Assembly (NCBI GenBank): GCA_050285325.1
Contig: JBLZXS010000213.1
Coordinates: forward strand, 1 to 46,224
Direction: 5' to 3'
Source of the DNA: Acinetobacter sp.
Lineage (GTDB): Bacteria; Pseudomonadota; Gammaproteobacteria; Pseudomonadales; Moraxellaceae
Length of the DNA: 46,224 bases
The notes beneath the pieces were generated by a model that had not been told where the DNA came from, made no database searches, and saw only the letters and a list, made by a program, of their open reading frames with translations. The translations under genes and the position numbers were made by a program. Positions 1 through 9,830 of this stretch are shown in pieces; positions within the stretch are counted from its first letter, which is position 1, and each line of letters begins with the position of its first letter.

Positions 1-570
1 ATCAATTCCACTAATTTGACTATAAATTTTTCCTTTCAGGTCATGTGCGTACATATGCGGTTGATAAGCTTCATGCATCAGCACCTGTAGTTCAGGCACA
101 ATATTGGCTTTCAAAATATCCTGTTGATGATAAATATCGTGCAGGAATAAATTCAGTGCACGTACCCGTTGTGCACAACCCAAGGCCACCTTATTCCATT
201 GTTTTTTCTCAATCACGCGAGGAATTAAGTCATAAGGAATGGTTCGCTCTGTTCCTGCGGCGTCTTCATACACAGTAAATGTAATGCCCTCATACAAAAA
301 GTGATCTTTCGCGGCTTGGTTTAATGACTTTAATTCTTCAATGCTGTGCTGGGATAACCAATGTTCAATCTTGCTGCAGGTTTCTCCGGATATGGTTTGA
401 TCATCTACTAATTCATTAAAAAAATGTGACTTTAACTGTTGGAACAACCCGTTAATTTTAGAGTGATTTTTAGCTTTATCTGCGGTTGAGATATGTATAT
501 CAGCGCCCAAAGTACCAGGAAAATGTTCAACTGTAGAAATAAGATGTGTCCGATCATTTTCTTTAAGCAT
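1..570 (-). CDS. Circularly permuted type 2 ATP-grasp protein (DUF404-like), N-terminal part; runs off the window start
   Basis: Not in ORF track. Manual translation from ATG at 570 is open to base 1: MLKENDRTHL...FLYEGITFTVYEDAAGTERTIPYDLIPRVIEKKQWNKVALGCAQRVRALNLFLHDIYHQQDILKA...SQISGID. GITF/ERxIPxDxIPR/QRxRALNxFLxDIY are typical of this family. Confidence 0.85.
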   Translation of the reverse strand, partial: MLKENDRTHLISTVEHFPGTLGADIHISTADKAKNHSKINGLFQQLKSHFFNELVDDQTISGETCSKIEHWLSQHSIEELKSLNQAAKDHFLYEGITFTVYEDAAGTERTIPYDLIPRVIEKKQWNKVALGCAQRVRALNLFLHDIYHQQDILKANIVPELQVLMHEAYQPHMYAHDLKGKIYSQISGID

Positions 571-814
571 ATTACCCTCATAATTGTTATCTATTTTTAA
601 ACAGTAAAAGCAAAAAATATGCCAATAAAAAATCCTTTTATCGCTTTTTATATTTATCCACTAAAAGCCTATACAATCAATGATATTTTTGGGCTAAACA
701 TGTTTCAAAATATTGATGCTCAAGAAAAGAAGATCGGAGAAAAATATTCAGTTTTTTATTGTTTTCATGATTTAATGCGGCTATAAACAATCTACTCGAT
801 TTTTAATTTTAGAT

Positions 815-1813
815 ATGTCTTCACAAGAAAAAGAAACGTCCAACAGTCTGTACCGACAATGGCAAATTTTATCTCGTCTTTCTACCGGGAAGTGGATGGG
901 TACGCGAGAGTTACAAGAAATTCTGCAACGTGAAGGTATCGATATCAGCCTGCGTACTATTCAGCGTGACTTAAATCAGATTTCGCTGCGCTTTCCTATT
1001 GAAAGCAGTAAAACAGTGCCTCAGGGCTGGCGTTGGCGTTCAGATGCGCCTATTCAAAGCTTACCGCACATGACCAGTTCCCAAGCGGTCACCTTTATGA
1101 TGGTGGAAGAACATTTAAAACACTTACTGCCCCCTAGCTTGATTGAAGAAATGAATCCCTGGTTTGACTTGGCGCGTCGCAGCTTGTCGACTCAAAATAA
1201 TGTCCGCCAATGGATTAACCGGGTTCGTATTGTTCCGGCCACTCAACCCTTGATTCCCCCAGTGGTGGATAAACTGGCACAACAAGCAATTTATGAAGGC
1301 TTATTGCAAGACAAACAACTGGAATGTGTTTATCAAGGACGAAGTCATTTAAGCGAAGAAAAAACCTATATTTTAAATCCCTTAGCCTTGGTACAAAAAG
1401 GTGCAATTATTTATTTAATCTGTACCCGGCATGACAAAACCGATATTCAGACCTTTGCGCTGCACCGTTTTAGATCAGCCATTGTTTTAAACTCACGCGC
1501 AATGCATCCGGTTAACTTTGATATTGATGCCTATATAGATTCCGGGGCATTAGGCTTTAGAGTAGATTATGCCAAAGCAACTGAAAATATTGTTTTAAAA
1601 CTCACCATGACTGAAGAAGATGCACATTATTTCGATGAAAGCCAACTCAGTAAAGACCAGACGATTGAAAAACTGGACAATGGTTTAGCTCAAATTATCG
1701 CAACCGTACCATTTACTTCACAACTGGTATGGTGGTTAAGAGGATTTGGCAACAAGATTCAACATATCGAGCCGATTGAAGTGTTGAATGCTGTGCGTCA
1801 AATGGCAGATTAA
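815..1813 (+). CDS. HTH-WYL-WCX transcriptional regulator (YafY/PafBC/BrxR-like)
   Basis: N-terminal wHTH ending SLRTIQRDL; WYL core NPLALVQKGAIIYLIC...FALHRF; C-terminal WCX-like WWLRGFG..IEP. Confidence 0.9.
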   Translation: MSSQEKETSNSLYRQWQILSRLSTGKWMGTRELQEILQREGIDISLRTIQRDLNQISLRFPIESSKTVPQGWRWRSDAPIQSLPHMTSSQAVTFMMVEEHLKHLLPPSLIEEMNPWFDLARRSLSTQNNVRQWINRVRIVPATQPLIPPVVDKLAQQAIYEGLLQDKQLECVYQGRSHLSEEKTYILNPLALVQKGAIIYLICTRHDKTDIQTFALHRFRSAIVLNSRAMHPVNFDIDAYIDSGALGFRVDYAKATENIVLKLTMTEEDAHYFDESQLSKDQTIEKLDNGLAQIIATVPFTSQLVWWLRGFGNKIQHIEPIEVLNAVRQMAD

Positions 1814-1824
1814 AAATTCAAATT

Positions 1825-1850
1825 AAAAAAAAGTCCCAATTATTGGGACT
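1825..1850 (-). terminator. Rho-independent terminator oriented for a minus-strand transcript
   Basis: Minus strand reads AGTCCCA-ATAAT-TGGGACT followed by a U-run; the plus strand has no immediate U-tract. Confidence 0.75.
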
Positions 1851-1979
1851 CGAGAATTTTTGTGGTTATCTCTATTTCTTAGTATCGTGCTGGCATTTTA
1901 AGAAGACCAAACTTTATTTTTTCACCCCTGCACAAAGCTTGAAAGCGGTTAATTTTATTTATGGAGAAAACATTGCATA

Positions 1980-2027
1980 TCAGCAAGCCAAATCTCCACT
2001 GTTATATCGAATGGATTTCATCGTCAT
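1980..2027 (-). CDS. Putative 15-aa small peptide MTMKSIRYNSGDLAC
   Basis: AGGAGGT (2041-2035) lies 7 nt before ATG at 2027; upstream of the orphan terminator at 1825-1850. Confidence 0.45.
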   Translation of the reverse strand: MTMKSIRYNSGDLAC

Positions 2028-2374
2028 ACCGCTTACCTCCTACTCTTTAGATAAAACCAATTTAATCCATCATTACCAGGTTGAGAAATCATAAGATTAG
2101 AAACTTTAAGCAGATTTTCTATTAAGTATTTTTTCAGATGTTCTATTGCTTTCGCTGCATATTGATTGCGCCACGTTGTTTTTAAGATAAACCTGAGTCG
2201 TCCCCATACCGATGTTTTGTATCCGTATGATTAAATTAAATATCAAAAACCAGCGTGATCAATTAATGGGTCATACATTCTTATTTATAAAAACTGGTTT
2301 TACAAATCAGAACTTGCAGCATGTACGCAAAATAGGCAAATTCAATTGATTCATAATAATTTGGAAAAACTAGA

Positions 2375-4045
2375 ATGCCAGGTCCCGTTCAGATTGTTAG
2401 ACATAAGCTTTTAAATACTTTTTTCTCACGGTACTCAGTCTGGTTCACTTTTATTTTCATTGCTCTCACCATTAGCTGGTTCCGAATCGTTTACGCTCCA
2501 CATTATATTTATTATTTTATTTCCGACACTTTGCTGAATTCCTTGTGGCTGATTTCAGGCGTACTGATGCTCGTTGGTTTATATGATGTCCTGCAAAATA
2601 AGCATTCAATCCTAAAAAACTATCCGATCATGGGACATTTCCGCTTTATTTTTGAAGATTTCCGTCCCGAAATTCGTCAGTATTTTATTGAAGCCGATCA
2701 GGATGCACTGCCATTTTCCCGGATGCAACGCAGTCTGGTATATCAACGCGCAAAAAATGAAAATGCCGATAAACCCTTTGGTTCCATTATTAACGTCTAC
2801 CAGCAAGATTATCGTTTTATTACCCATTCCATTACCCCATGCAAGCCTGCCGATCCTGAAAGTTTTCGTATTCAAATCGGTAATCATCAGTGTCAGCAGC
2901 CTTATAGTGCTTCGATTATGAATATCTCTGCCCTGAGTTTTGGCAGCATGAGTGCCAATGCAATTCGTGCTTTAAATTTAGGGGCGAAAATGGGCAATTT
3001 TTACCACGATACGGGTGAAGGCAGTATTAGCCCTTATCATTTGGAAAATGGCGGTGATATTGTCTGGGAACTGGGCAGTGCTTACTTTGGCTGTCGTACT
3101 TTAGAGGGTCACTTTGATCCGGTAAAATTTACCCAGCAAGCGCTTTTACCGCAAATCAAAATGATTGAAATCAAGCTCTCCCAAGGGGCAAAACCCGGAC
3201 ATGGCGGTATTTTACCTAAAAGCAAGATTTCAGAGGAAATTGCCCAAATTCGCGGGATTAGTCGTGAGCATGACTGTGTATCTCCTTCAAAACATTCAAC
3301 CTTTAATACCCCTATTGAAATGATGCATTTTATTCAGCGGCTGCGCGAGTTAGCCGGTGGAAAACCCGTTGGATTTAAACTTTGCATTGGTCAGCCCTGG
3401 CAATTTATGAGTATTGTTAAAGCTATACTTGAAACCAAAATTGTGCCCGACTTTATTGTGGTAGACGGTTCCGAAGGTGGTACAGGTGCAGCACCAATTG
3501 AACTGATTGACCATATGGGAACCCCTTTACGAGAAGGCTTGCTGTTCGTGCATAACACGCTAGTGGGTGCAGGCTTGCGCAATCAGATTAAAGTGGGTGC
3601 AAGTGGGAAAATTATCAGTGCTTTTGATATTTCCAGCACCATGGCGATTGGAGCTGACTGGGTCAATTCGGCACGTGGTTTTATGTTTGCTGTGGGGTGT
3701 ATTCAGGCTCAAAGTTGCCATACCAACCAATGTCCGGTCGGAGTGACCACTCAAGATCAAGAACGGCAAAAAGCCCTGCATGTTCCAACCAAAGCCGTCA
3801 GGGTATTGAATTTTCATAGAAATACCATGCTGGCCCTATCGGAAATGATTGCAGCTGCGGGTTTAAAACATCCTGCCTCAATTCAGGCACATCATCTGGC
3901 GCAGCGCATTAATGACCGGGAAATTAAAAACTATGCGCAATTACATTTCTGGCTAAAAGAAGGTGAATTACTTTCTTGTGAAGATAAAGACGAGGAAAAT
4001 TTCTACTTCCGCATGTGGAATTTAGCCCATCCAGATAAATTTTAA
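2375..4045 (+). CDS. FMN-binding glutamate synthase family protein with N-terminal TM segments
   Basis: ISALSFG, TGEG, EIKLSQGAKPGHGG, DGSEGGTGAAP, and CIQAQSCHTNQCPVG Fe-S motif. Confidence 0.9.
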   Translation: MPGPVQIVRHKLLNTFFSRYSVWFTFIFIALTISWFRIVYAPHYIYYFISDTLLNSLWLISGVLMLVGLYDVLQNKHSILKNYPIMGHFRFIFEDFRPEIRQYFIEADQDALPFSRMQRSLVYQRAKNENADKPFGSIINVYQQDYRFITHSITPCKPADPESFRIQIGNHQCQQPYSASIMNISALSFGSMSANAIRALNLGAKMGNFYHDTGEGSISPYHLENGGDIVWELGSAYFGCRTLEGHFDPVKFTQQALLPQIKMIEIKLSQGAKPGHGGILPKSKISEEIAQIRGISREHDCVSPSKHSTFNTPIEMMHFIQRLRELAGGKPVGFKLCIGQPWQFMSIVKAILETKIVPDFIVVDGSEGGTGAAPIELIDHMGTPLREGLLFVHNTLVGAGLRNQIKVGASGKIISAFDISSTMAIGADWVNSARGFMFAVGCIQAQSCHTNQCPVGVTTQDQERQKALHVPTKAVRVLNFHRNTMLALSEMIAAAGLKHPASIQAHHLAQRINDREIKNYAQLHFWLKEGELLSCEDKDEENFYFRMWNLAHPDKF

Positions 4046-4081
4046 AGTAGGCATGACTCAAAAGCTTTTCATTTTTTCAAT

Positions 4082-4110
4082 AAAAAAGAGGTCAGACTGA
4101 CCTCTTTTTT
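4082..4110. terminator. Bidirectional terminator
   Basis: AAAAAAGAGGTCAG-A-CTGACCTCTTTTTT between convergent genes. Confidence 0.85.
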
Positions 4111-4132
4111 ATCTACAGACTTATACCAAACA

Positions 4133-5176
4133 CTAGTAATAACCATCTGAACGTTGTGCATGTAAGAATGCCGGAATAAGTCCGGTCAATGCCGCACGAA
4201 TATCAGCGCGTTCATTAATCAACTGATGCGAGCCTTCTTCCAGCATCAACAAGGTCTGCAGACGAAATTTACGCCGAATAAACTCAATGTTATAACGCCA
4301 ATCCACAGTCTGATCTTGCGCACCTTGAGCCAACCATACCGGAATACGACACGCTGGACGTGCTTCCATTTCTTGCATCCATTTCGACATGGCTAAAATC
4401 CAGTCCATTCCCATCATGCGGGGCTGAAGCGGATCTTTTAAACGTACAAACCTTAAAAATTCAGGGTTATGGTTATTACGTCTGAAATGTCGCGGTACTT
4501 GACGTTTAATACGACGAATAATGCCCAAGCCTACTGAGTTATGCCACCAGGCAGATTTCGCCGGTCGAATCAGCGGAGACAGCAGTAAAACCCGATCAAC
4601 ATAGGGATTTTCACGGCGCTGGGCAAAATCCAATAAATGATGCATCCAGATCGCACCACCGGTACTTTGTCCAATCCCTAACCAAGGTTTTGGCAACTGC
4701 TCAGCATTCTTAACGTATTGATAAACTGCATGTAAAACATGCTGGTAATGGTCAAAATTCTTAATATTTGCCGGAGAGCCATTACTCAGTCCATGACCCG
4801 GTAAATCATAAGTGATGACACTAAAACCCTGCTCTAGCAATTCACGAATAATCGGCTGATAAATCCCGCTATGCTCTAAATAACCATGCAATAAAAATAC
4901 GGTTCCGCGTATTTTAGTAAAAGGTCGATTGGTTAAATCGGGTTGAAATACCTGAACATGCAATTTAAACAAAGGCATTTGTACATAGCCTTGCCAATGC
5001 TCACACTCCAGTAAATGCAAACCATAGAGTTTACGATAAGCCTGAATCTCAACTGACGGTTGATAAGGCTTGTTGAGGTTTAATGCTTCAAGTAATTGTG
5101 GTGTAGTTTCACGACTTGGAACAGGTAAATCCAGCTGTTTTAGAATGCTGGGATTTAAAAATGGGATATCCGACAT
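4133..5176 (-). CDS. Alpha/beta hydrolase (lysophospholipase/monoglyceride lipase-like)
   Basis: HGYLEH, DLPGHG, GQSTG nucleophile elbow; start placed at ATG 5176, which overlaps the upstream stop (TAATG). Confidence 0.85.
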   Translation of the reverse strand: MSDIPFLNPSILKQLDLPVPSRETTPQLLEALNLNKPYQPSVEIQAYRKLYGLHLLECEHWQGYVQMPLFKLHVQVFQPDLTNRPFTKIRGTVFLLHGYLEHSGIYQPIIRELLEQGFSVITYDLPGHGLSNGSPANIKNFDHYQHVLHAVYQYVKNAEQLPKPWLGIGQSTGGAIWMHHLLDFAQRRENPYVDRVLLLSPLIRPAKSAWWHNSVGLGIIRRIKRQVPRHFRRNNHNPEFLRFVRLKDPLQPRMMGMDWILAMSKWMQEMEARPACRIPVWLAQGAQDQTVDWRYNIEFIRRKFRLQTLLMLEEGSHQLINERADIRAALTGLIPAFLHAQRSDGYY

Positions 5177-6300
5177 TAAGGCACCTCCCGACAATCACTC
5201 GAACCAAACCAGACATCACGAATTGTGGCTAAGATTTCATAATTGGCACGGCGACTATGATCATAATTTTGTTTACTTGGACGCCATTGTGTCAGATGGG
5301 TTGGCATCGGTGCTTCCACCGGCACAGTTTCAATCCCGTTTAATGCAAATAACCGACGCGTACGTGGCATATGATAACGGTCAGTAATCAAAATTACCCG
5401 TGGTGCACCGCCTTTTTTTTGCAATAATAACGAACTAAAACGCGAGTTTTCGCAGGTATTCATGCTTCGATCTTCAAGCAATTTGGCATCTACCTCATGT
5501 TCTTTCAGCCAGCGCTGCATATATGGCGCTTCTACACCACTCAGCACGATTGGTAATTTATATTCTTTTTCTATCGCTAAAGTCTTTTCCAGGCGCAAAC
5601 GGGTGTAATCATTCACCACAATATCTTTGCCTTTTTTATCCAAGGTCAACCCGCCGCCCAATACCACAATGGCATACGGTTTTGAACTTTGAACTTGTGG
5701 TTGTTCGTTCTGTTCATGAATAATCGCAATATCTTGGTAAATTGTTTCATCGACAGGTTCTTGAGCAACTTCTTCCTGTTCAATGGGATGGGTACGAAGA
5801 AATTCTACATACTTCTCCATCAAGGCTTTATTTTCAGTACTGTTCAAATCCAGTAAATCTTTAACCACTTGGGCTGGATCTTCCTGTTCCAGCTCTTGAT
5901 CTAGCGGTTTTACAAGCAAAGGAATGCGTGGTTTTTCCTCTTGCTCATTTTCCTGCTGTTCTTGCTCAATCATTTGTTGCAATGTCTTGTAACGCGCTTG
6001 AATGATCGTCAAATTCTGCGAATTACGGCTTTGTATCGCTTCTTCCATCAGTTTCAAATAGGCTTGACGGGCAATCCACAACTTAGAGCCTGGCTCTAAA
6101 CTTTCATGTTCGCTCAATGCAGCCATTTGTTGGCTTTTCGCAGCAATCTGATTAACTTCAACAGGAACAAAACTATTTAACGCCTTCACCACCCAACCTG
6201 AATAAAATGGCGAATAAATCAAAACCATGAAACAGCCGAAAAGAACAAATAACACCGATGCTATTTGTACCAGTCGAACCATCCAATGTGCTTTCGCCAT
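5176..6300 (-). CDS. YdcF/DUF218 (ElyC/SanA-like) membrane protein
   Basis: N-terminal TM; IVVLGGG, SG, EDRSMNTCEN, ITDRYHMPR motifs. Confidence 0.85.
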   Translation of the reverse strand: MAKAHWMVRLVQIASVLFVLFGCFMVLIYSPFYSGWVVKALNSFVPVEVNQIAAKSQQMAALSEHESLEPGSKLWIARQAYLKLMEEAIQSRNSQNLTIIQARYKTLQQMIEQEQQENEQEEKPRIPLLVKPLDQELEQEDPAQVVKDLLDLNSTENKALMEKYVEFLRTHPIEQEEVAQEPVDETIYQDIAIIHEQNEQPQVQSSKPYAIVVLGGGLTLDKKGKDIVVNDYTRLRLEKTLAIEKEYKLPIVLSGVEAPYMQRWLKEHEVDAKLLEDRSMNTCENSRFSSLLLQKKGGAPRVILITDRYHMPRTRRLFALNGIETVPVEAPMPTHLTQWRPSKQNYDHSRRANYEILATIRDVWFGSSDCREVP

Positions 6301-6306
6301 AAATTT

Positions 6307-7341
6307 TTATTCCAAATGTGAACGAATTAAACCGGTTTCATCAAACAGTACCGGTTCAGGTTCTAGTAAAATGTTAAATTTTTGCTGAACCTCGTGCTGG
6401 ACTGCATGATAAGTTGCTTTTACATCCGCCAAAGTCGCCTGATTATAATTCACCAATACCAGGGCTTGTTTATGGAACATCCCCACCATACCCAGCTGCT
6501 TACCTTTCCAACCCGATTGATCAATTAACCAACCTGCTGCAATTTTAACGCCACCTTGTGCTTGAGGATAATGGGGTAAATTCGGAAATGTAAGTGCTAA
6601 ATGGTCATAAAGTTGTTCTGAAATAATCGGATTTTTAAAGAAACTTCCCACATTTGGATATTCTTTTGGATCGGGCAATTTGCTTTGACGGATTTTAATT
6701 ACTTGTTTTTGTAGGTTTTCAGCAGTTACTTCAGCCCCTACCGCCTGTTTTAAATCCCCATAGCTCAGTTTTAAATTTGCATGTTTAAGCAATTTAAAAA
6801 TTACATGAGTAATCACAAAACGGTTTGGATCTTCTTTAAAAATACTATGCCGGTATGAAAAATCACATTCTTGTGCATAAATAACATCAAATTTTTCTAA
6901 TTGGCGGTCATAGACCTGAACCGATTCAATAAATTCTCCAACCTCAACCCCATATGCACCAATATTCTGTACTGGAGATGCGCCGACCAAACCCGGAATA
7001 AGTGCAAGATTTTGCAAGCCATACAAATGCTGTGCCGTCGTCCACAATACAAAGTCATGCCAGACTTGTCCTGCCCCAACACGAAGGGTCTTGCTTTGCT
7101 CATCTTCAGCAATATATTCAATTCCCTGAATATCCATATGGATGACCAGTGCATGAATATGTTCAGGCAATAACATATTGCTACCACCTGACAAAATCAA
7201 AACATTTAACTGATGCTGCTTGGCATAATTTAAGGCATCTACCAATTCTTCTGGGGACTGCACTTTCAGATAATGTGATGCAGTGGCATCAAGACTTAAG
7301 GTATTAAAAGGCTTAAGTTGAATTTGTGTTTGAATATTCAT
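6307..7341 (-). CDS. murB: UDP-N-acetylenolpyruvoylglucosamine reductase
   Basis: [40 protein letters not shown]. Confidence 0.95.
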   Translation of the reverse strand: MNIQTQIQLKPFNTLSLDATASHYLKVQSPEELVDALNYAKQHQLNVLILSGGSNMLLPEHIHALVIHMDIQGIEYIAEDEQSKTLRVGAGQVWHDFVLWTTAQHLYGLQNLALIPGLVGASPVQNIGAYGVEVGEFIESVQVYDRQLEKFDVIYAQECDFSYRHSIFKEDPNRFVITHVIFKLLKHANLKLSYGDLKQAVGAEVTAENLQKQVIKIRQSKLPDPKEYPNVGSFFKNPIISEQLYDHLALTFPNLPHYPQAQGGVKIAAGWLIDQSGWKGKQLGMVGMFHKQALVLVNYNQATLADVKATYHAVQHEVQQKFNILLEPEPVLFDETGLIRSHLE

Positions 7342-7353
7342 GTGCTTAAACCT

Positions 7354-7878
7354 TTATTTCACATCGATCTGTTGTTGGAACTGTTGTTTAAAAATGTTGA
7401 CCCAAGCCAGACTACTCGACTCACACTGATTCAGCACACGTTCAAAACCCTCTTCCCCGCCATAATACGGGTCAGGTAAAGCGTGTTTAAGATAAGCCTG
7501 GTCATATTCACTCATCAAGGCAATTTCTGCCCGAATTTGAGTTGTGCCATATTCTGCCTGAGCTTGGTTTAAAAGCGCTTGAATATTAGATAAATTCTCA
7601 TGATCCATCGCTAAAATTAGATCAAAATCAATAAAGTCTTGAAGTTTTAACTGGCGAGCACGCAAAGCGGATAAGTCATAACCGCGCTTTAACGCTTGTT
7701 TTTGACTACGTTCATCGGGGGCTTTACCGGGATGATAATTACTAGTTCCCGCTGAATCAATCACAATATTGAGCTGATGTTCATCACAAAAATGTCTAAG
7801 CACAACTTCTGCCGTGGGAGAACGACAAATATTTCCTAAACACACACATAACACCTTATATGGCGTTTTGGATGACAT
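7354..7878 (-). CDS. Low-molecular-weight protein-tyrosine phosphatase
   Basis: VCLGNICRSPTAE P-loop; DPYYG. Confidence 0.93.
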   Translation of the reverse strand: MSSKTPYKVLCVCLGNICRSPTAEVVLRHFCDEHQLNIVIDSAGTSNYHPGKAPDERSQKQALKRGYDLSALRARQLKLQDFIDFDLILAMDHENLSNIQALLNQAQAEYGTTQIRAEIALMSEYDQAYLKHALPDPYYGGEEGFERVLNQCESSSLAWVNIFKQQFQQQIDVK

Positions 7879-7994
7879 AACAACCTCAATAACTACTTTA
7901 TTTTCAGATGTCTTATGTTAAGTTATTTAGAGGATTAATCCTATAGAACACTAAAACAATAATCTTGAATTTGATATCAAAAAGGATGCTATAG

Positions 7995-9155
7995 ATGAGC
8001 CATTTTCAATTCCAGACCGTCTCGAATATTATTTCAGGGCTCGGCTCAATCTATGAGTTAAAGCAATTATTGCAACAGCAACCCTATAAAAAGCTGTTAT
8101 TGGTGACCGATGCAGGCATGATTCAACAGCAATTGCATTTACCTCTTATTGAAATAATGGAAACCATTCATCTTGATTATGTGGTTTATTCTAGCGTTCA
8201 GGCTGACCCGCCTGAACATATTGTTCTAGATGCGGTTCAATTCGCCAAAAATGAAAAAGTCGATATTATTCTGGGTTTCGGTGGAGGAAGCTCCCTAGAT
8301 GTGGCCAAAGTCATTGCGATTCTTGCCCATCCAGAGCAGCAGCAAACCTTGCAAGATTTATATGGCGTCAATAATGCAAAACAGCCGCGATTGCCCTTAT
8401 TTTTAGTTCCCACTACAGCAGGAACCGGTTCTGAAGTAACGCCTATTTCTATTGTCACTACCGGTGAAACCACAAAAACCGGAATTGTCTCGCCAGTTTT
8501 ATTTGCCGATGTTGCCATTTTAGATGCGACTTTTACCCAAAACCTGCCGGCTCATATCACTGCAGCAACCGGTATAGATGCGATGGTGCATGCAATTGAA
8601 GCCTACACTTCGAAATTAAAAAAGAACCCTTATGCAGATATGCTGGCCAAACAAGCGCTGAGGTTACTCAATAAAAACTTAAGCTTAGTCTTGGCAGATG
8701 GACAGAATTTAGAAGCACGTCAAAATATGCTGGTCGGCTCCATGCTTGCCGGACAAGCTTTTGCCAATGCTCCCGTCGCTGCGGTTCATGCACTAGCTTA
8801 TCCCTTAGGCGGACATTTCCATATTTCCCACGGTCATAGCAATGCCTTAGTCCTAACAGAGGTCTTAAAGTTTAATGCGCCTCATGCCAAACAATATTAT
8901 GCAGAACTGATGTGCTGGTTAGACCCAAAAAGTAATGGCAGTACAGATGGTTTGTGCGATCTATTTATTGACCATATGCAAAATCATTTAGATAAAAGCG
9001 GTTTGATTTTGAAACTGAAAGATTTGAATATTCCAGAAAATAAGCTTGAGCAATTGGCCAATGATGCCATGTTGCAAACCAGACTGTTACAAAATAATCC
9101 GCGTGAGCTTCAGGTACAGGATGCACAGCAGATTTATCAAGCCATTTATGCTTAA
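7995..9155 (+). CDS. Iron-containing alcohol dehydrogenase
   Basis: GGGSSLD, PTTAGTGSE, DAMVHAIE, HALAYPLGGHFHISHG. Confidence 0.92.
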   Translation: MSHFQFQTVSNIISGLGSIYELKQLLQQQPYKKLLLVTDAGMIQQQLHLPLIEIMETIHLDYVVYSSVQADPPEHIVLDAVQFAKNEKVDIILGFGGGSSLDVAKVIAILAHPEQQQTLQDLYGVNNAKQPRLPLFLVPTTAGTGSEVTPISIVTTGETTKTGIVSPVLFADVAILDATFTQNLPAHITAATGIDAMVHAIEAYTSKLKKNPYADMLAKQALRLLNKNLSLVLADGQNLEARQNMLVGSMLAGQAFANAPVAAVHALAYPLGGHFHISHGHSNALVLTEVLKFNAPHAKQYYAELMCWLDPKSNGSTDGLCDLFIDHMQNHLDKSGLILKLKDLNIPENKLEQLANDAMLQTRLLQNNPRELQVQDAQQIYQAIYA

Positions 9156-9284
9156 TTTTGCTTACTTTAGAAGCGTTTAAGCTACTCAATTAAAAAGTCC
9201 GCAGTGAAATTGAACTTCATTTCATTATGATTTACGTCAGTATGGGTGACCACATATAGAAATTATTTTAATTCACTTTCACTT

Positions 9285-9314
9285 AATGTCATTTAGTTGT
9301 ATCTAAATGACATT
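9285..9314. promoter_or_regulatory. Perfect 12-bp inverted repeat (operator or terminator)
   Basis: AATGTCATTTAG-ttgtat-CTAAATGACATT, about 75 bp upstream of the thioesterase. Confidence 0.45.
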
Positions 9315-9390
9315 GCTTTTACGCTCTTGCATTCATTTATTTTTAACAGTACAACTGAATATAAATGACCTGTGAAAAAATAAAATTACA

Positions 9391-9828
9391 ATGAAGCAAA
9401 TACCAAAACAACGCACTGATTTTTCATATTTTCTACCCATTCAGACGCGATGGTCAGATAACGATATCTATGGTCACGTAAACAATGTCACCTATTACAG
9501 TTATTTTGATACTGCAGCCAATGCTTTACTGATTGAAAAAGCAGGTTTTGATATTCGCCATTCCCCTGTGATTGGGTTGGTGGTCGATTCAGCATGCAGT
9601 TTTTTTCAGGAACTTTCTTATCCTGAAATTATTGAAGTCGGTGTCGCGATTTCCAGACTAGGCAATTCATCTGTGCAATATGATTTGGCAATTTTCAAAC
9701 CGTTTCATGATATCGCCTCTGCACAAGGTCATTTCGTACATGTCTTTGTAGATCGCCAGACAAGAAAAAGCACCCCGATTCCAAGCGAAATACGGCATGC
9801 TTTATCTCAATATTGCGCCAATGAATAA
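9391..9828 (+). CDS. Acyl-CoA thioesterase (4HBT/YbgC hotdog family)
   Basis: RWSDNDIYGHVNN motif. Confidence 0.9.
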   Translation: MKQIPKQRTDFSYFLPIQTRWSDNDIYGHVNNVTYYSYFDTAANALLIEKAGFDIRHSPVIGLVVDSACSFFQELSYPEIIEVGVAISRLGNSSVQYDLAIFKPFHDIASAQGHFVHVFVDRQTRKSTPIPSEIRHALSQYCANE

Positions 9829-9830
9829 AC

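Noticed and set aside
45..278. 77-aa plus-strand ORF
   Set aside because: Antisense shadow of the ATP-grasp gene on the minus strand.
571..814. Defined WYL operator in the divergent spacer
   Set aside because: Only weak AT-rich inverted repeats such as ATTGTTT-N20-AAACAAT, which cannot be told from background by eye.
1843..2094. 83-aa plus-strand ORF
   Set aside because: The TTG start lies inside a terminator stem with no SD, and the signals in this region point to the minus strand.
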